64,000 bases of DNA from an uncultured Phycisphaerales bacterium (GCA_963755915.1 CAVWLP010000002.1:3392001-3456000), one strand, 5' to 3'; numbered from the stretch's first letter, positions 19,914 through 31,766 are shown. Notes: generated by a model not told the origin, from the sequence alone. Translations and numbers: made by a program.

Positions 19914-19937
19914 CCGTGAAACTCCTCCGCGGAACGT

Positions 19938-20936
19938 CTATGCCGGCGCCTGGGTTGGCGCGGGGGCAACAGCTTTCATCGCCGGGGGCGGGCCGTGGCC
20001 GCGTTTTCCACGGCGGCTGAGGAGGGCATCCAACAGGGCTCCGAGCAAAATCACTGCGCCCATCACCGCGAAATTCAGGGAGCTGTTGATGCCGAGCAAG
20101 TTCACCAGGTTTTGCAAAACCTGGAGCAGGGCGGTGCCGAGGACTATTCCGAGGATCGATCCCTCGCCGCCGCGCAGGCTGCAACCACCGAGGACGGCGG
20201 CGGCGATCCCGTAGACTTCGTAAAAGTTGGCGTGGGAGCTGGGGACGATGGCGTTGGCGTCGAAGGCCATGGTGATTCCGGAGATCGCGGCCAGGAGCAT
20301 TCCCAGGGCGTAGGCGCTGCCGATGACCAGGTTGGTGTTGATGCCGGAAAAACGGGCGGCTTCCTCGTTTCTTCCGACGGCGAAGAGGTATCTGCCATAG
20401 ACGGAGCGGTGCAGGACGAAATACATGATGATCGCCACGATGATGAGGATAATGAACGAAGTGGGGACGCGATGGATATAGCCAGAGGCCAGAAAGCGCA
20501 GGGAGCCGAAGTTGCTGTCGCCGAAGCCTTTTGTTTCGTCGCCGGCGATGAAGCGGGCGAGACCTCGGTAGAGAAGCAGCCCCGCCAGGGTCACAATGAA
20601 GGGCTGCAACTTTGCTTTGGTCACTAAAGTTCCATGGAATATCCCGAGCATGACGACGCCGGCGATGGCGCAAAACGTTGCCACGGGCCAGGGCCACTGT
20701 TTGTCGACGAGCATGATGGAGAGGCAAACGCCTTGGAGGGCGAAGACTGAGCCGACGGAGAGGTCGATTCCGCCGGTGATGATGATAATGCCCATTCCGA
20801 TGCTGTAGATGCCGAACATGCCGATTTGATGCTCCTGGTTGCGGAGATTGACCTTGGACAAGAATCGGGGATTTTTGAAATCCACTATGGCGCAGACGAT
20901 CAGGAGGAGCAGACCGATGCCAATTTCTTTCTTCAT
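19938..20936 (-). CDS. Sugar ABC permease (RbsC family)
   Basis: GGIDLSVGS, PFIVTL, G.NEEAARFSG, IAAAVLGG.SL.GG.G. Confidence 0.92.
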   Translation of the reverse strand: MKKEIGIGLLLLIVCAIVDFKNPRFLSKVNLRNQEHQIGMFGIYSIGMGIIIITGGIDLSVGSVFALQGVCLSIMLVDKQWPWPVATFCAIAGVVMLGIFHGTLVTKAKLQPFIVTLAGLLLYRGLARFIAGDETKGFGDSNFGSLRFLASGYIHRVPTSFIILIIVAIIMYFVLHRSVYGRYLFAVGRNEEAARFSGINTNLVIGSAYALGMLLAAISGITMAFDANAIVPSSHANFYEVYGIAAAVLGGCSLRGGEGSILGIVLGTALLQVLQNLVNLLGINSSLNFAVMGAVILLGALLDALLSRRGKRGHGPPPAMKAVAPAPTQAPA

Positions 20937-20982
20937 AAAAATAATCCAACCGACCGCGGCGTTTGCGCGGCAAGGGCTTCGA

Positions 20983-22494
20983 CTAGGCCGCGACCGTTTT
21001 ACCGAACGCCAGGTCCATTATGCGTTGCTCGCTGAAATCTTTGCGGTCGACGAAGCCGGCGATGGCGCCTTCGTGCATGACCGCGATGCGGTCGCTGATT
21101 CCGAGAACTTCCTCGGTATCGCTGGAGACAATGATGACTGCCACGCCGCGATCTGCAAGGCCGCGTAAGAATCGGTAGATTTCGGCCTTGGCGCCGACGT
21201 CGATGCCGCGGGTGGGCTCGTCGACGATCAGGACTTTTGGCTCGAGGGAGAGCCATTTGCCGAGGACGACCTTTTGCTGGGTTCCGCCGCTGAGATTCAT
21301 GACCAGGGTTTCGACTCCGGGGGCGCGGATTCGCAGGGCGTCGATCTGTTTGCGGGCTTCTTTGGCCTCGGCGCGGCGGCTGATGAGCGCTGCAGTCGTG
21401 TATTTCCATAAGCCGGGGAGGGTGATGTTTTCGCGGATGGTCATTTGCGTAATCAGGCCGGTCTTTCGGCGATCCTCGGGGACGAGGAAAATTCCGGCGC
21501 TAATCGCATCGCCTGCGTTGCGAATCCGCAGTCCTTTACCGTCCAAGACGAGCTCTCCTCCGAGCGCTTTGCGGACGCCGAAAATCGTTTCGACCAGTTC
21601 TGATCTGCCGGAGCCGACCAATCCGGCGATTCCGAGAATTTCGCCGCCGGCGGCGTCGAGGCTTACGGTCTCGTGCGGCCAAGCCTCGGTGCAGAGGTCC
21701 CTCACGCGGAATCGCGCCTCGTGGCGGGCGCCGGTTCCGGGGACGTAGAAGCTGCGCAGATCGCGGCCGATCATGAGGCGGACCATGTTGTCATGGGTAA
21801 TCTGATCGCGCGGTAACTCGCCGGCGTTGCGCCCGTCGCGCAATCCCACCACCCGGTCGGCAATCTGGGAAATCTCGCCGAGGCGGTGGGAAATATAGAT
21901 GACGGTGACGCCCTGGCCGCGGAGTTCTTTCACCGTTTGAAGAAGGCGGGTTGTCTCGGTGGCGGTGAGGGAACTGGTGGGCTCGTCGAGGACGAGGATC
22001 CGCGCGTTCTGGGAAAGCGCCTTGGCGATCTCGATGAGTTGCTGCTGGGCAATGGAAAGATTTTTTACCAGGGTTCGCGGATCGATGTCCAAACCCAGGC
22101 GTTTCAGCGGGGGCTTGCTGTCGGCGACGATTTTTTTGCGGTCGATCAGCTTCAGCGGCCCGCCCCAAAGTGGCTCGCGGCCGATGAAAATGTTGGCGGC
22201 AACCTCCAGGTTTTCGAGGTTGTTTAATTCCTGGTGGACGAAGCCGATGCCCAGCTTCACCGCATCGGCGACGGAGCGGATGACGACAGTTTGGCCGTCG
22301 ATGACGATCTTGCCCTCGTCGGGCTGGTGAATCCCCCCCAGGATTTTCATGAGGGTGCTTTTGCCGGCGCCGTTTTCGCCGATCAGGGCGACGACCTCGC
22401 CGCGCCCGACCTCGAGCGAGACATTTTCGAGCGCCACCACCCCCGGAAACCGCTTACAGATTTGCTGGAGTTGGAGAATCGGCTCGCCGGTCAT
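20983..22494 (-). CDS. Sugar ABC ATP-binding protein (RbsA family)
   Basis: [38 protein letters not shown]. Confidence 0.95.
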   Translation of the reverse strand: MTGEPILQLQQICKRFPGVVALENVSLEVGRGEVVALIGENGAGKSTLMKILGGIHQPDEGKIVIDGQTVVIRSVADAVKLGIGFVHQELNNLENLEVAANIFIGREPLWGGPLKLIDRKKIVADSKPPLKRLGLDIDPRTLVKNLSIAQQQLIEIAKALSQNARILVLDEPTSSLTATETTRLLQTVKELRGQGVTVIYISHRLGEISQIADRVVGLRDGRNAGELPRDQITHDNMVRLMIGRDLRSFYVPGTGARHEARFRVRDLCTEAWPHETVSLDAAGGEILGIAGLVGSGRSELVETIFGVRKALGGELVLDGKGLRIRNAGDAISAGIFLVPEDRRKTGLITQMTIRENITLPGLWKYTTAALISRRAEAKEARKQIDALRIRAPGVETLVMNLSGGTQQKVVLGKWLSLEPKVLIVDEPTRGIDVGAKAEIYRFLRGLADRGVAVIIVSSDTEEVLGISDRIAVMHEGAIAGFVDRKDFSEQRIMDLAFGKTVAA

Positions 22495-22509
22495 TCATTT
22501 CCCCGCAAC

Positions 22510-23472
22510 TTATTTCCCGAGCAATTTGTTCTGCTGCGCAATGAAGTCATCGACGTTGTCTTTCTTGATCGCCAGCGTCGGAATGAAAATCTGCTTGCTG
22601 GCCGGAACCACCGAGCTATCACCGTTAATTACCTTCGCGAGGTTCAGCATGGAGAGCCTGCCAAATTCGAACGGCTGCTGGACGACGGTGGCGTAGATGT
22701 CGCCGCTCTTGATTCCGGCGAGGGTTTCCGCGTCGGAATCGAAGCAGACGATTTTGACCTGCCCGGCTTTGCCGGCGTCCCTGACGGCTCCGAGGATGGC
22801 GGGGCCATTGTAGCTCCAGAGGCCGACCAGGGCGGAGATGTCGGGATATTTCACCAGGGTGTCCTGGGCGTTGGCCTTGGCGCGGACGGCGTCGGTATCG
22901 TCGGTGCGAATGTCGATGATCTGGACGTTGGAGCCGTCGAGCGCCTCGCGGATACCGGCGATGCGGTCCTTGGCGTTTTGGGCGTCGAGCTTTCCGACGA
23001 AGAGCATGATTTTCCCGCCGCTGGGAAGGGCCTCTTTGATCAGGCCACCGGCCTGTTTGCCGGCGTCTTCGTTGTTGGTGCCGATGTAGCAGGCGCGCTG
23101 GGAATTGGGGGCGTCGCTGTCGCTGCAGAAGACGGTGATCTGCTGGGCGGCGTCGTTGAGCATTGGGGTTTCGTTCGATGGGTCGACGGGGCTGATGGCC
23201 ATGCCGTCAATTCCGCGGGCCAGCAGGTCATCGACGACGCGTTTCTGGCCACCCGCGCTGGGGTCTCCCAGCATCTGAAAATCGACGTCGATGTCGGGAT
23301 TTTCCTCGGCGGCCTTCATGCAACCGGCTCGGCAGATGGTCCAGAAATCGGCGGCGTTGTTGGTGACGAACGCCAGCTTCACCTTCTTCGCCTGCGCGGT
23401 GCTAACCCACGGCGCGAGGGCGAATGCAAGGGTGGCCGCCAGCGCTATGCAAAGAAATCTTTTGGCAGACAT
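22510..23472 (-). CDS. Sugar ABC substrate-binding protein
   Basis: Signal peptide; FVTNNAADFW, DSDAP, YIGTNN..AG, VQQPFEFG. Confidence 0.92.
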   Translation of the reverse strand: MSAKRFLCIALAATLAFALAPWVSTAQAKKVKLAFVTNNAADFWTICRAGCMKAAEENPDIDVDFQMLGDPSAGGQKRVVDDLLARGIDGMAISPVDPSNETPMLNDAAQQITVFCSDSDAPNSQRACYIGTNNEDAGKQAGGLIKEALPSGGKIMLFVGKLDAQNAKDRIAGIREALDGSNVQIIDIRTDDTDAVRAKANAQDTLVKYPDISALVGLWSYNGPAILGAVRDAGKAGQVKIVCFDSDAETLAGIKSGDIYATVVQQPFEFGRLSMLNLAKVINGDSSVVPASKQIFIPTLAIKKDNVDDFIAQQNKLLGK

Positions 23473-23527
23473 GCTCGCTCCTTCCGCAAAACCGGCAAGT
23501 TGTGCGGAGAGCTATAATATCTTCCCG

Positions 23528-25414
23528 CTATTGAAGTTCCAGCCTCAGGTAGTCGTAAATAATCCCCGAATAAAGCAGGCCGGAGGGAATGGTGAGGGTC
23601 ATTACATTGTCGCCTGCGCACATCATGGCGGCGTCGAAGTTGAGGTCTTTCTCAACCCAGTATCCACCGATGCCGTCGCGGTTGAGGGTGGCATTATACA
23701 TCAGGCCCATGATCGTTCCGACCGGCTTTCCGTTGACGCCGACGGCGATGCTGCGCACTCCCACGCCGCAGATTCCCAGCCGCAAAATCGCCCGGCCGCT
23801 GAGCGCCGTGGGGAGATTGAATCGAATGGTCCAGGTTGTGGAGCGGCCGACGCTTCTGCCGTCGCCCTTGTCGTTGACGGCGTGGGGTACCTGCTCGAAA
23901 TACCAATCCTTGTGGTAATCGCTGACGCCGATCGTAAAATTCACGTCATTGGGAAAGAGCTGGGCATATTGAAGGTACATTCCCCAGTGAAAATATTGAT
24001 CGCCCTTAAAGAACTCGCGGCCGGTTCGATTCGGGGTGCCGATGTCCCAAATCTGGCGGCCATAGCGCACGGGCTTCCAGGTCATTGATCCGAGGTCCAC
24101 GGTGAATCCCGGATAGACCCGGATGTTTCCCTTCGCAAATTCGCCGAGAATTCCGTCGGCGATTGCGTGCAGCTCGTAGTTGCCTGGCCGGACCTTGGGA
24201 ATCGTGAATGTTCCATCGGCGTTGCCGTGGATCCAGAACTCATAATGCTTGGCGTCGTTCTGCCAGTTCAGGGGGGCATCGAAGCGACGAGAGCCGGAAG
24301 AGGAAGAATCGGGATATGCCAGCCCCACGAGCAGATTCTGAAACGGCGCGATCGGGCGCGGGGCAAGCGGATCGTTGACCTCGAGTTTTCCCTCGACAGT
24401 GCCGCGCTGGGCGGCCTGTGGGTAATCGGCGCCCTGCACCCATTCGTAGGGCCACTTGTGGGCCTCCTTGTCGGCCTGGGCGAGCGCGTCCTTGAACATG
24501 GCATCGGGTGTGGGGGCGGAGTTGACGTAGATGAACATCGGGCCGACGACCTTCTGCCATTGTTCGCCCGCGTTGACGAAGCACATGCTGCCGCCGTAGT
24601 GGGAGCCGCGCCAGTAATTGAGGAGGGTTGGGTCGCCGCCGGCGCCGTCGTCGAGGTGGCCGGTCAGTTCATATTTGGTGGCGCCGCCGCTGAGGTATTC
24701 GGTGCTTGGGTTGATGAAATAGAAGCCGATATGGCGGGTTGTGCTCGACCATCCGAAGGCGGGAGTGTCGATTTGATAAGCGGAGTAATCGTATTTGTGC
24801 TCGGGCCGGCCGGCATAAATTCCGGTGGTGAGGCGGCGGGCTTCTTTCATGTTCAGCGGGGTGCCGCGGTCCCAGTCGTAGCCGGTGGCCATTTTGTGAT
24901 TTCGGTCGGCATCGATCGAAAGCCAGTCGAAGACCTGTCCGCTGAGCTTCACGCCAAAGCGGCTCTCGCCAATTCCGCCGGCGGGGTCGGCGGCTGAATG
25001 GGTGAAGATCGCATAGGAATAGATTCCCTGGTCGTCGCGGCCGAGGGAGTAGCGCTCGTCGAGTTGGAAATTGCCGAACCATCCCTTGGTGGAAACTTCG
25101 GCCCGCTCGCCGCGGTTTGTTTTCGGATCGATGGTGACGGAGGGCGTGGCGGGGCGCGGCATCTGCTCCCAATATCCGGCATGGTGCCCCGAGACGTAGC
25201 CCATGGTCTCGACGCCTTTGTATTTGAGCGACCAGAGTTCCCCGGTGCGCATGCCGACCTGGGCGGTAACATAGCCGTTGCTGAGGATGTAATACTGGCC
25301 GTCGTTGGAAAGCTTGACCGAAGGTTCATCCGCCAGCGTGGGGGAACAGTTTGGGGATGATAAAAGGTTCAGGACGAGCGACCCCAGCGCGATCGACAAA
25401 AACACGCGCCCCAT
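23528..25414 (-). CDS. Rhamnogalacturonan endolyase (PL4, RhiE-like)
   Basis: Signal peptide; EHKYDYS, EYLSGG.TK, SHYGG, W.KVVGP, WPY.W, Y.FW...DG.FTI..VRPG.Y.L, IWDIG.PNR, YDYLRLE. Confidence 0.85.
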   Translation of the reverse strand: MGRVFLSIALGSLVLNLLSSPNCSPTLADEPSVKLSNDGQYYILSNGYVTAQVGMRTGELWSLKYKGVETMGYVSGHHAGYWEQMPRPATPSVTIDPKTNRGERAEVSTKGWFGNFQLDERYSLGRDDQGIYSYAIFTHSAADPAGGIGESRFGVKLSGQVFDWLSIDADRNHKMATGYDWDRGTPLNMKEARRLTTGIYAGRPEHKYDYSAYQIDTPAFGWSSTTRHIGFYFINPSTEYLSGGATKYELTGHLDDGAGGDPTLLNYWRGSHYGGSMCFVNAGEQWQKVVGPMFIYVNSAPTPDAMFKDALAQADKEAHKWPYEWVQGADYPQAAQRGTVEGKLEVNDPLAPRPIAPFQNLLVGLAYPDSSSSGSRRFDAPLNWQNDAKHYEFWIHGNADGTFTIPKVRPGNYELHAIADGILGEFAKGNIRVYPGFTVDLGSMTWKPVRYGRQIWDIGTPNRTGREFFKGDQYFHWGMYLQYAQLFPNDVNFTIGVSDYHKDWYFEQVPHAVNDKGDGRSVGRSTTWTIRFNLPTALSGRAILRLGICGVGVRSIAVGVNGKPVGTIMGLMYNATLNRDGIGGYWVEKDLNFDAAMMCAGDNVMTLTIPSGLLYSGIIYDYLRLELQ

Positions 25415-25440
25415 GTTTGATTCCTCCGCCAACCCAGTGA

Positions 25441-26733
25441 CTAACTTTTCACGGCCGCGACGCGTCGGGCGGCTTTGGAAGGTTGCAATATCGTCAGTTT
25501 TCCGTCGCCGGCGCTGGCGCCGGGGACACTGGCGCGGCGCAGTGGGTGAACCTTGACCGGTTTGCCGGGCGCCGACCAGGGAATATTCAGTTCGCTGGGG
25601 AGCTTCGATTGCTCGTAGCACTTGTCGAGGCAGACATCCAGATCGCGCACCCAGGTTTTGTGCTCGCCCGGTTCTCCCTCGGTTACCACGACTTCGGGGG
25701 GAAATTGGACGATGTCGGGCCTGGAAAGCTGGGCGGCGTAGATGCACGCGGTCTGGGCGCCGGCAGCTTCGGGTCCGCAAACGACCGGGCGATTGGCGCG
25801 GATCGATTCGAGCATGTCGAAGAGTTTTTGGGGTGAATCCGCCGAGGCGGGGGAGCCGTAGTCGATCTTTGTGCCATCGGGGCGCTGGGCGTAAATCCTG
25901 TCGCCGATTTTTCCACCGTAATGAATCGTACCTTTTTCGAATTCGTAGCTGAAGAATGGATCGCGTTGAAAGCGGGTTGCGTGGGAGGCGAAGAACATGA
26001 CTTCGACGCCGCGATCGGTGAAACAGCGCAGGGCGATGGTGTCGTAATTTTCGATTGGGTTGGCGCGATAGAGTTCCGCTTCGACGGTTGCGGGCCAGGC
26101 GCTGCGGTCGGGGGCGTCGCCAAGGACGTAGAACATATTGTGCAAGTGATGGGCGCAGGCGTTGTTGGCGGGGCTGTCGAGTACGAGGCGGCCTTCAGTG
26201 TCGCGCTGGCGGCCGGCCCAATAGCTTCGGCTGTAATATTTTTCGTGGCGCGGCCAATAGACGCGGGTGCGAAGCCGCTTGGCGCGGCCAAACCGGCCGG
26301 AGGCGATATCGCTTTTTAAGGATTGAATGGCTGGGGAATAGGACCACTGATACCCAATGGCGAGCCAGCGCCCGGATTTGTCGCGGGCCTCCACCATCTG
26401 GGCGACCTGATCGGGGTGCGAGCCCAGCGGTTTCTCGCACAGGACGTGCGACCCTTTGCTCAGGGCGAGGCAGGCCTGGTCGCAGTGCAATTGCAGGGGC
26501 GTTGCCAGCACGACCAGTTCGGCATGAGCGCTGGCGTAAAATTCTTCCAGGCTTTTGAAAATCGGGATGCCCAGCTGGCTCACCTCGGCGAGGCGCTGGC
26601 ACGCCTCCGGCCAGGGGTCGATGCCTGCGACGAATTGGATGCCGGATGCCGGTTCGGCGCCGAGCAATGCGTTGAGATAAATGTGCCCGTAACCTCCCAA
26701 ACCGACGAGTGCTACGGAGTTTACGCCTTCCAT
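25441..26733 (-). CDS. Gfo/Idh/MocA family oxidoreductase
   Basis: GLGGYG, ATP..LH, CEKP, GYQW. Confidence 0.9.
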   Translation of the reverse strand: MEGVNSVALVGLGGYGHIYLNALLGAEPASGIQFVAGIDPWPEACQRLAEVSQLGIPIFKSLEEFYASAHAELVVLATPLQLHCDQACLALSKGSHVLCEKPLGSHPDQVAQMVEARDKSGRWLAIGYQWSYSPAIQSLKSDIASGRFGRAKRLRTRVYWPRHEKYYSRSYWAGRQRDTEGRLVLDSPANNACAHHLHNMFYVLGDAPDRSAWPATVEAELYRANPIENYDTIALRCFTDRGVEVMFFASHATRFQRDPFFSYEFEKGTIHYGGKIGDRIYAQRPDGTKIDYGSPASADSPQKLFDMLESIRANRPVVCGPEAAGAQTACIYAAQLSRPDIVQFPPEVVVTEGEPGEHKTWVRDLDVCLDKCYEQSKLPSELNIPWSAPGKPVKVHPLRRASVPGASAGDGKLTILQPSKAARRVAAVKS

Positions 26734-27077
26734 CAGAATAGGCTCCCGATCAAATCCCGACCCGCGCAATCAGTGACTCGCCCGTTAAGTGAGCGAATCA
26801 ATTACAACTTTGCACGGTAATTCCCGACAAACCCATTACGGTCGATAAGACCCGCACCACAGTATAACCAATGCGACCTTGGGTTGTCACCTTGAAATGG
26901 GAATTTCTATGTAAATTGCAAAAGCAGGCGAGGGAGCAGGCTCTACGGCAGCTTTTCGGTTTGCTTTGCTGACCAAGGCGTACCCAATTATCGCTGGAAA
27001 CGGGGATTAAGAATCGCATGAAGCTCTGGTCAGCAAAATGCCCAGATTAGCAGTCGTGTTGTCCTAACTCTCCGTGG

Positions 27078-27106
27078 TTGCCAGACGCGCGGGGCCGCAG
27101 TAGATT
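27078..27106 (+). promoter_or_regulatory. sigma70-like promoter of the second sugar ABC operon
   Basis: TTGCCA-N17-TAGATT ending about 30 bp before ATG 27139. Confidence 0.5.
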
Positions 27107-27138
27107 AAGCAAACGGTTTTTTCATCGATTTTCATGAA

Positions 27139-28680
27139 ATGATGGCCCAAGCCGACGCTCTTCAGGCTGACGCTGTTTCCGCCAACGCGCTTCAGCTCAC
27201 TTCGATATCCAAGAGCTTCGGCGGGGTGTGCGCGCTGGACAACGTGTCGTTCGATCTGAATCTGGGCGAGGTCCACGCGCTGGTTGGGGAAAACGGGGCG
27301 GGGAAATCGACGCTGATCAAGATCATTACCGGGGCGATTCAGCCGGATGGGGGATCGATCCGCGCCTTCGGGAAATCGATCGACACGAATGACCCGGCGA
27401 CCTCGCGGCGACTGGGAATCGCGGCGATCTATCAGCAGCCGGCGCTGTTTCCCGATCTGACGGTGGCGGAGAATATTTCGCTGCGGCTGCGATCGGCGTC
27501 GCCGCTGAAAATCGTTCGGTGGAAAAGGCATCACGAGGAAGCGGGGGAGCTTCTGAGGCGGATCGGCGCGAATATTTCCAGCGACGCGCTGGTTCGCAAC
27601 CTGACCATGCCGCAGCAACAGCTTGTGGAGATTGCCTCGGCGCTCGGGGGGTCGGCACGGGTGCTGATTCTCGACGAGCCGACCTCTTCGCTTACCGATC
27701 GGGAAGTGGACAACCTTTTCCGCGTGATCGATCAGCTTCGGCGGCAGAATGTGGGGATGATTTACATATCCCACCGCATGGAAGAGCTTCCACGGATCGC
27801 GGACCGGGTGACGATCCTGCGGGATGGAAAGACCGTCGGCACGAAACGGATGGGGGAAGTGACGCGGCCGGAGCTCATTCGGTTGATGGTGGGGCGGGAA
27901 CTGTCGGCGGTGTTTCCCAAGATCGCGGTGCAGCCGGGGGAAGTTGTGCTTCGGACGCGGAATCTTGGGTGCTCCGAATCGGGGGTTCACTCGATTAACC
28001 TGGAATTGCGCGGGGGAGATTCTGGGGCTGGCGGGGCTGGTTGGCGCGGGGAGATCGGAATTGGCGCGGATTCTGTTTGGGCTGACTCCGGCCGACGGGG
28101 GGGAGATATTGCTGGGTGAGAAGTCTGTCCGAATTCATTCTCCTGCCGATGCGCTGCGGCGGCAGATTGCGTATGTGCCGGAGGACCGGCGGCGATATGG
28201 CGTCATCCTGGAAATGTCGATCGCGGCGAATACGACGCTGGCGATCTTGCGGCGAATCTCGCGGCTGGGGCTGATCGATTTTTGCGCGAGCAGTCGATTG
28301 CTTCGGATCTGGTGACGAGGCTTTCTACAAAGACCCCATCTGTGTTCGTGCCTGCGGGGCAGCTTTCCGGGGGAAATCAGCAGAAAGTGGCGCTGGCCCG
28401 CTGGCTGGCGACGCAACCGAGGATCATTATTCTGGATGAGCCTACGCAGGGAGTCGATGTGGGGGCGAAGGCAGAAATTCACCGCTTGATCAGCGAGCTG
28501 GCGGCGCGGGGGCTGGCGGTGTTGATGATTTCGTCGGAATTGCCGGAGATTTTGGGGATGAGCGATCGGATTGCGGTGATGCATGCGGGGACGATTGTGG
28601 GAACGCTGGCGCGGGCGGAGGCTACGCAGGAGAAGATTATCGAGCTGGCGCTGGGGCACAGGGCGGAGGCGGTGGCGTGA
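27139..28680 (+). CDS. Sugar (rhamnose-type) ABC ATP-binding protein, frameshifts ~28010 and ~28285
   Basis: [40 protein letters not shown] distributed across three frames. Confidence 0.88.
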
Positions 28681-29614
28681 TCGCCAAATATAAACGCGAG
28701 CTTTCGGTTGCCGCTGCGTATGCGGGGCTGCTGCTGCTTCTGGGTTTGGCGGCGCCGCGATTTTTCAGCGGGAATTCTCGGATACGTGGGTGCGGGCGGC
28801 GCCGACGCTGGTTGTCGCGGTGGGGATGACGCTGGTCATCATCGCACGGGAAATCGACATCTCCGTCGGGTCGCAGTTTTCGATTTGCGCGGTCGCGGCG
28901 GGCTTGATGGCGCAGGCTGGGTTTCACCTTCCGATCGTTGTCGGCGTGACGCTGCTGACCGGGGCGGCAATGGGGGCGCTGAATGGGTGGCTGATCGCGG
29001 GGCTGCGCCTGCCATCGATCGTCGTGACGCTGGCCACCATGGTGATCTTTCGGCAGGGGCTCTCGTGGGTGCGGCAGGGGGCTTTGATCACGGGGATGCC
29101 GTCGTATTTTCAGTGGTTTGGCGAGGGGCAGATGATTGGGGAGAAGCTCGTTGTCTTTTTGGCGATTGCTGTGTTCGTGATTTTTGCATGGTCGGCGCGG
29201 TGGCTGGGGCTCGGCAGGCAGGTTTACGCGGTTGGGTCGGACTCGGAAGCGGCGCGGCTTTCGGGGATCAATCCGACGCGCGTCGTGTTTGGGGTGTTCG
29301 TGCTGATGGGGCTTCTGGTTGGGCTGGCCGCGATTCTGGACTCGGTGCGATTCGGGGAAGTCGATCCCAAGGCGGGGGTGGGGCGCGAGCTTCAGGTCAT
29401 TGCGGCTGTTGTCGTTGGGGGAACCGCCATCACGGGAGGGCGGGGGCGAATGGTTGGTAGTTTGCTCGGGGTCATTCTGCTGGGAACGATTGGCGGGGCG
29501 ATGGTTTTTCTTAGCCCTGAAGCGAATTGGGACAAGGCGATTCAGGGGGCGATTATTTTGCTGGCCGTGGCTTCTGATGGACTGGGGCGGCGACGGGGAG
29601 TGGCGCACGTATGA
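28677..29614 (+). CDS. Sugar ABC permease, frameshift ~28770
   Basis: GTGA overlap with the upstream gene; [24 protein letters not shown]. Confidence 0.85.
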
Positions 29615-31689
29615 CGACCATCGCCGCCAATCTGCCGAGTCCTTCGCGCAATATCCGGCTTGGGCAGCAGGCGATGCTTGCCGGGCTGGTGCTGGTGGAG
29701 ATTCTGGTCTTCTCGATCATCGGGACGAACTTTCTTACGTGGCGGAATTTCTTTCAGATTCCGCGGATCAATGTTGAGCTGGGGCTGCTGGCGCTGGCAA
29801 TGACGCCGGTGATCGTTACGGGCGGGATTGATCTTTCTGTTGGGTCGCTGCTGGGGCTGTGTGCCGTGGTGTTTGGAAAGCTCTGGCGCGACTGCGCATT
29901 TCGATCCGGCGCTAGCAGCGGCGGCGGTGGTTGCGCTGGGGGCGGCGGCGGGGGGACTTAATGCACTGCTTATCACACGACTGCGAATTCCTCCGCTTAT
30001 CGTTACCCTGGGCTCATATTCGCTGTTTCGTGGAGTCGCTGAGGGTGTCACGCGCGGCGTAGATAATTTCACTGACTTCCCGAGCTCATTCGTCTACCTC
30101 GGGCAGGGATATTTTTTTAAATCGATTCCGGTGCAGCTTCCGATTTTTGTCGTTGGCGCCGTCTTTTTCTGGGTTCTCCTTCACCGCAGCGCGATCGGGC
30201 GCACGCTGAGCGCCATTGGCTACTCGACCGAAGGCACTCGGCACGCGGGTGTTCCGGTCGAAAGGCGTATTGCTCTCGCGTATATCCTTTCCGGGCTGTG
30301 CGCCGGGTTGGCGGCCGTCATTTACGCGGCCCGCGTTGGGCAGGCGAAGGCGGATGCGGGAATCGATTACGAGCTTGCGGCGATCACCGCGGTGGTCCTC
30401 GGGGGCACGTCGATCTTTGGCGGGCGCGGGTCGATCGTGGGGACGTCGCTGGGGCTTTTCGCGATCGCAATCCTTCAGAACGGGCTTCTGCTTTCCGATC
30501 TTCCCAGCGAATTGGGCGGAATCCTTACCGGGGTATTATTATTACTGGCCATCGGCGCAGACTGGCGGCTTCGGCCGCCGGCTGCCAGAAAACTTGCGCC
30601 ACATGGCGCGGAGGAATTCGAAATGAAGAATTCGCAGCTTGCGGTGCTGTGCATTGTGATCCTGGCGGCGGCGGTGATTGTGACCGGCGGGAATTTTCTT
30701 TTGATCAGGAATCTGCCGGCGATCGCGCCGGCGCCGGCTTCGAGTTCGACTGGGCCGCAGACTTCAAACGCGACGCCGGCCGCGAAATCACTGACCATCG
30801 CCATGATGCCGAAGGCGAAGGGGAACGCCTACTTCATCGCGTGCGAGAAAGGGGCGGAGGAAGCGGCCAAGCAGCTTGGAGCGAACTTGATCTGGGACGG
30901 GCCCAACAACACCGATCCGGCCAAGCAAAACGAAATCGTGGAGACGTGGATCACCCGCGGCGTGGATGCGATTGCGATCTCGTGCGAGAACAAGGAAGGG
31001 GTTTCGACGGTTCTGCAGAAGGGCGCAATGCGGGGATTAAAGTCGTTACGTTTGACGCGGATGCCAATACGGATGCGCGGGATTTTTTTGTGAACCAGGC
31101 TACGCCGGAGGGGATCGGCGACATTTTGATGGACGATGCGGCGCAAACGCTCGGCGGCAAGGGGGACTTTGCGATCATTACGTCGACGCTTACGGCGTCG
31201 AATCAGAATGAATGGATCAAGTGGATCAAGAAACGGCTGGCGGACAAATATCCCGGGATCACGCTCGACACGCTGCAGCCGTGCGATGACAACCCGGATG
31301 AGGCGTTCGAAAAGGCGCAGTCGATTCTCAATGCGTATCCGAACGTGAAGTGCATCATGGCGATCTGCACGCCGGCAGTGCCGAAGGCGGCGGAGGCGGT
31401 GGAGCAGTCTGGGAGGTCGGATGTGCATGTGGTGGGGCTGGGGTTGCCGAATGAGAATAAGAAGTATGTGCATGAGGGAATTACTACTTCTGTAGTTCTT
31501 TGGAATACGATGGATCTGGGATACCTCACGATCTTTGCGGCGGAGGCGGATGTGAATGGGACGCTTAAAGCGGGCGATACTTCGCTGGATGCTGGGCGGC
31601 TGGGGAAGATGCAGGTGGTTGGGGACAATGTGCTGCTGGGGATTCCGTTTACGTTTACAAAGGACAATATTGATAATTTTGATTTTTGA
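29611..31689 (+). CDS. Fused sugar ABC permease plus periplasmic binding protein (RhaS/LsrB-like), frameshifts ~29895 and ~31025
   Basis: GGIDLSVGS and ITAVVLGG permease motifs read in frame into MMPKAKGNAYF; the C-terminus has VVTFDAD, FFVNQAT, LWNTMDLGY, FTKDNIDNFDF. Confidence 0.82.
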
Positions 31690-31699
31690 AATTCGGGAC

Positions 31700-31718
31700 C
31701 CCACGGCGGCGCCGTGGG
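31700..31718. repeat. REP-like palindrome
   Basis: CCCACGGC-GGC-GCCGTGGG between convergent genes. Confidence 0.55.
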
Positions 31719-31730
31719 CGTTTCGGGACT

Positions 31731-31766
31731 AAAACGCGATCGCCTTGTGCGCTCGCGTTTTTTTTT
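31731..31766 (+). terminator. Rho-independent terminator, probably bidirectional
   Basis: AAAACGCGA...TCGCGTTTT followed by a T-run. Confidence 0.75.
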
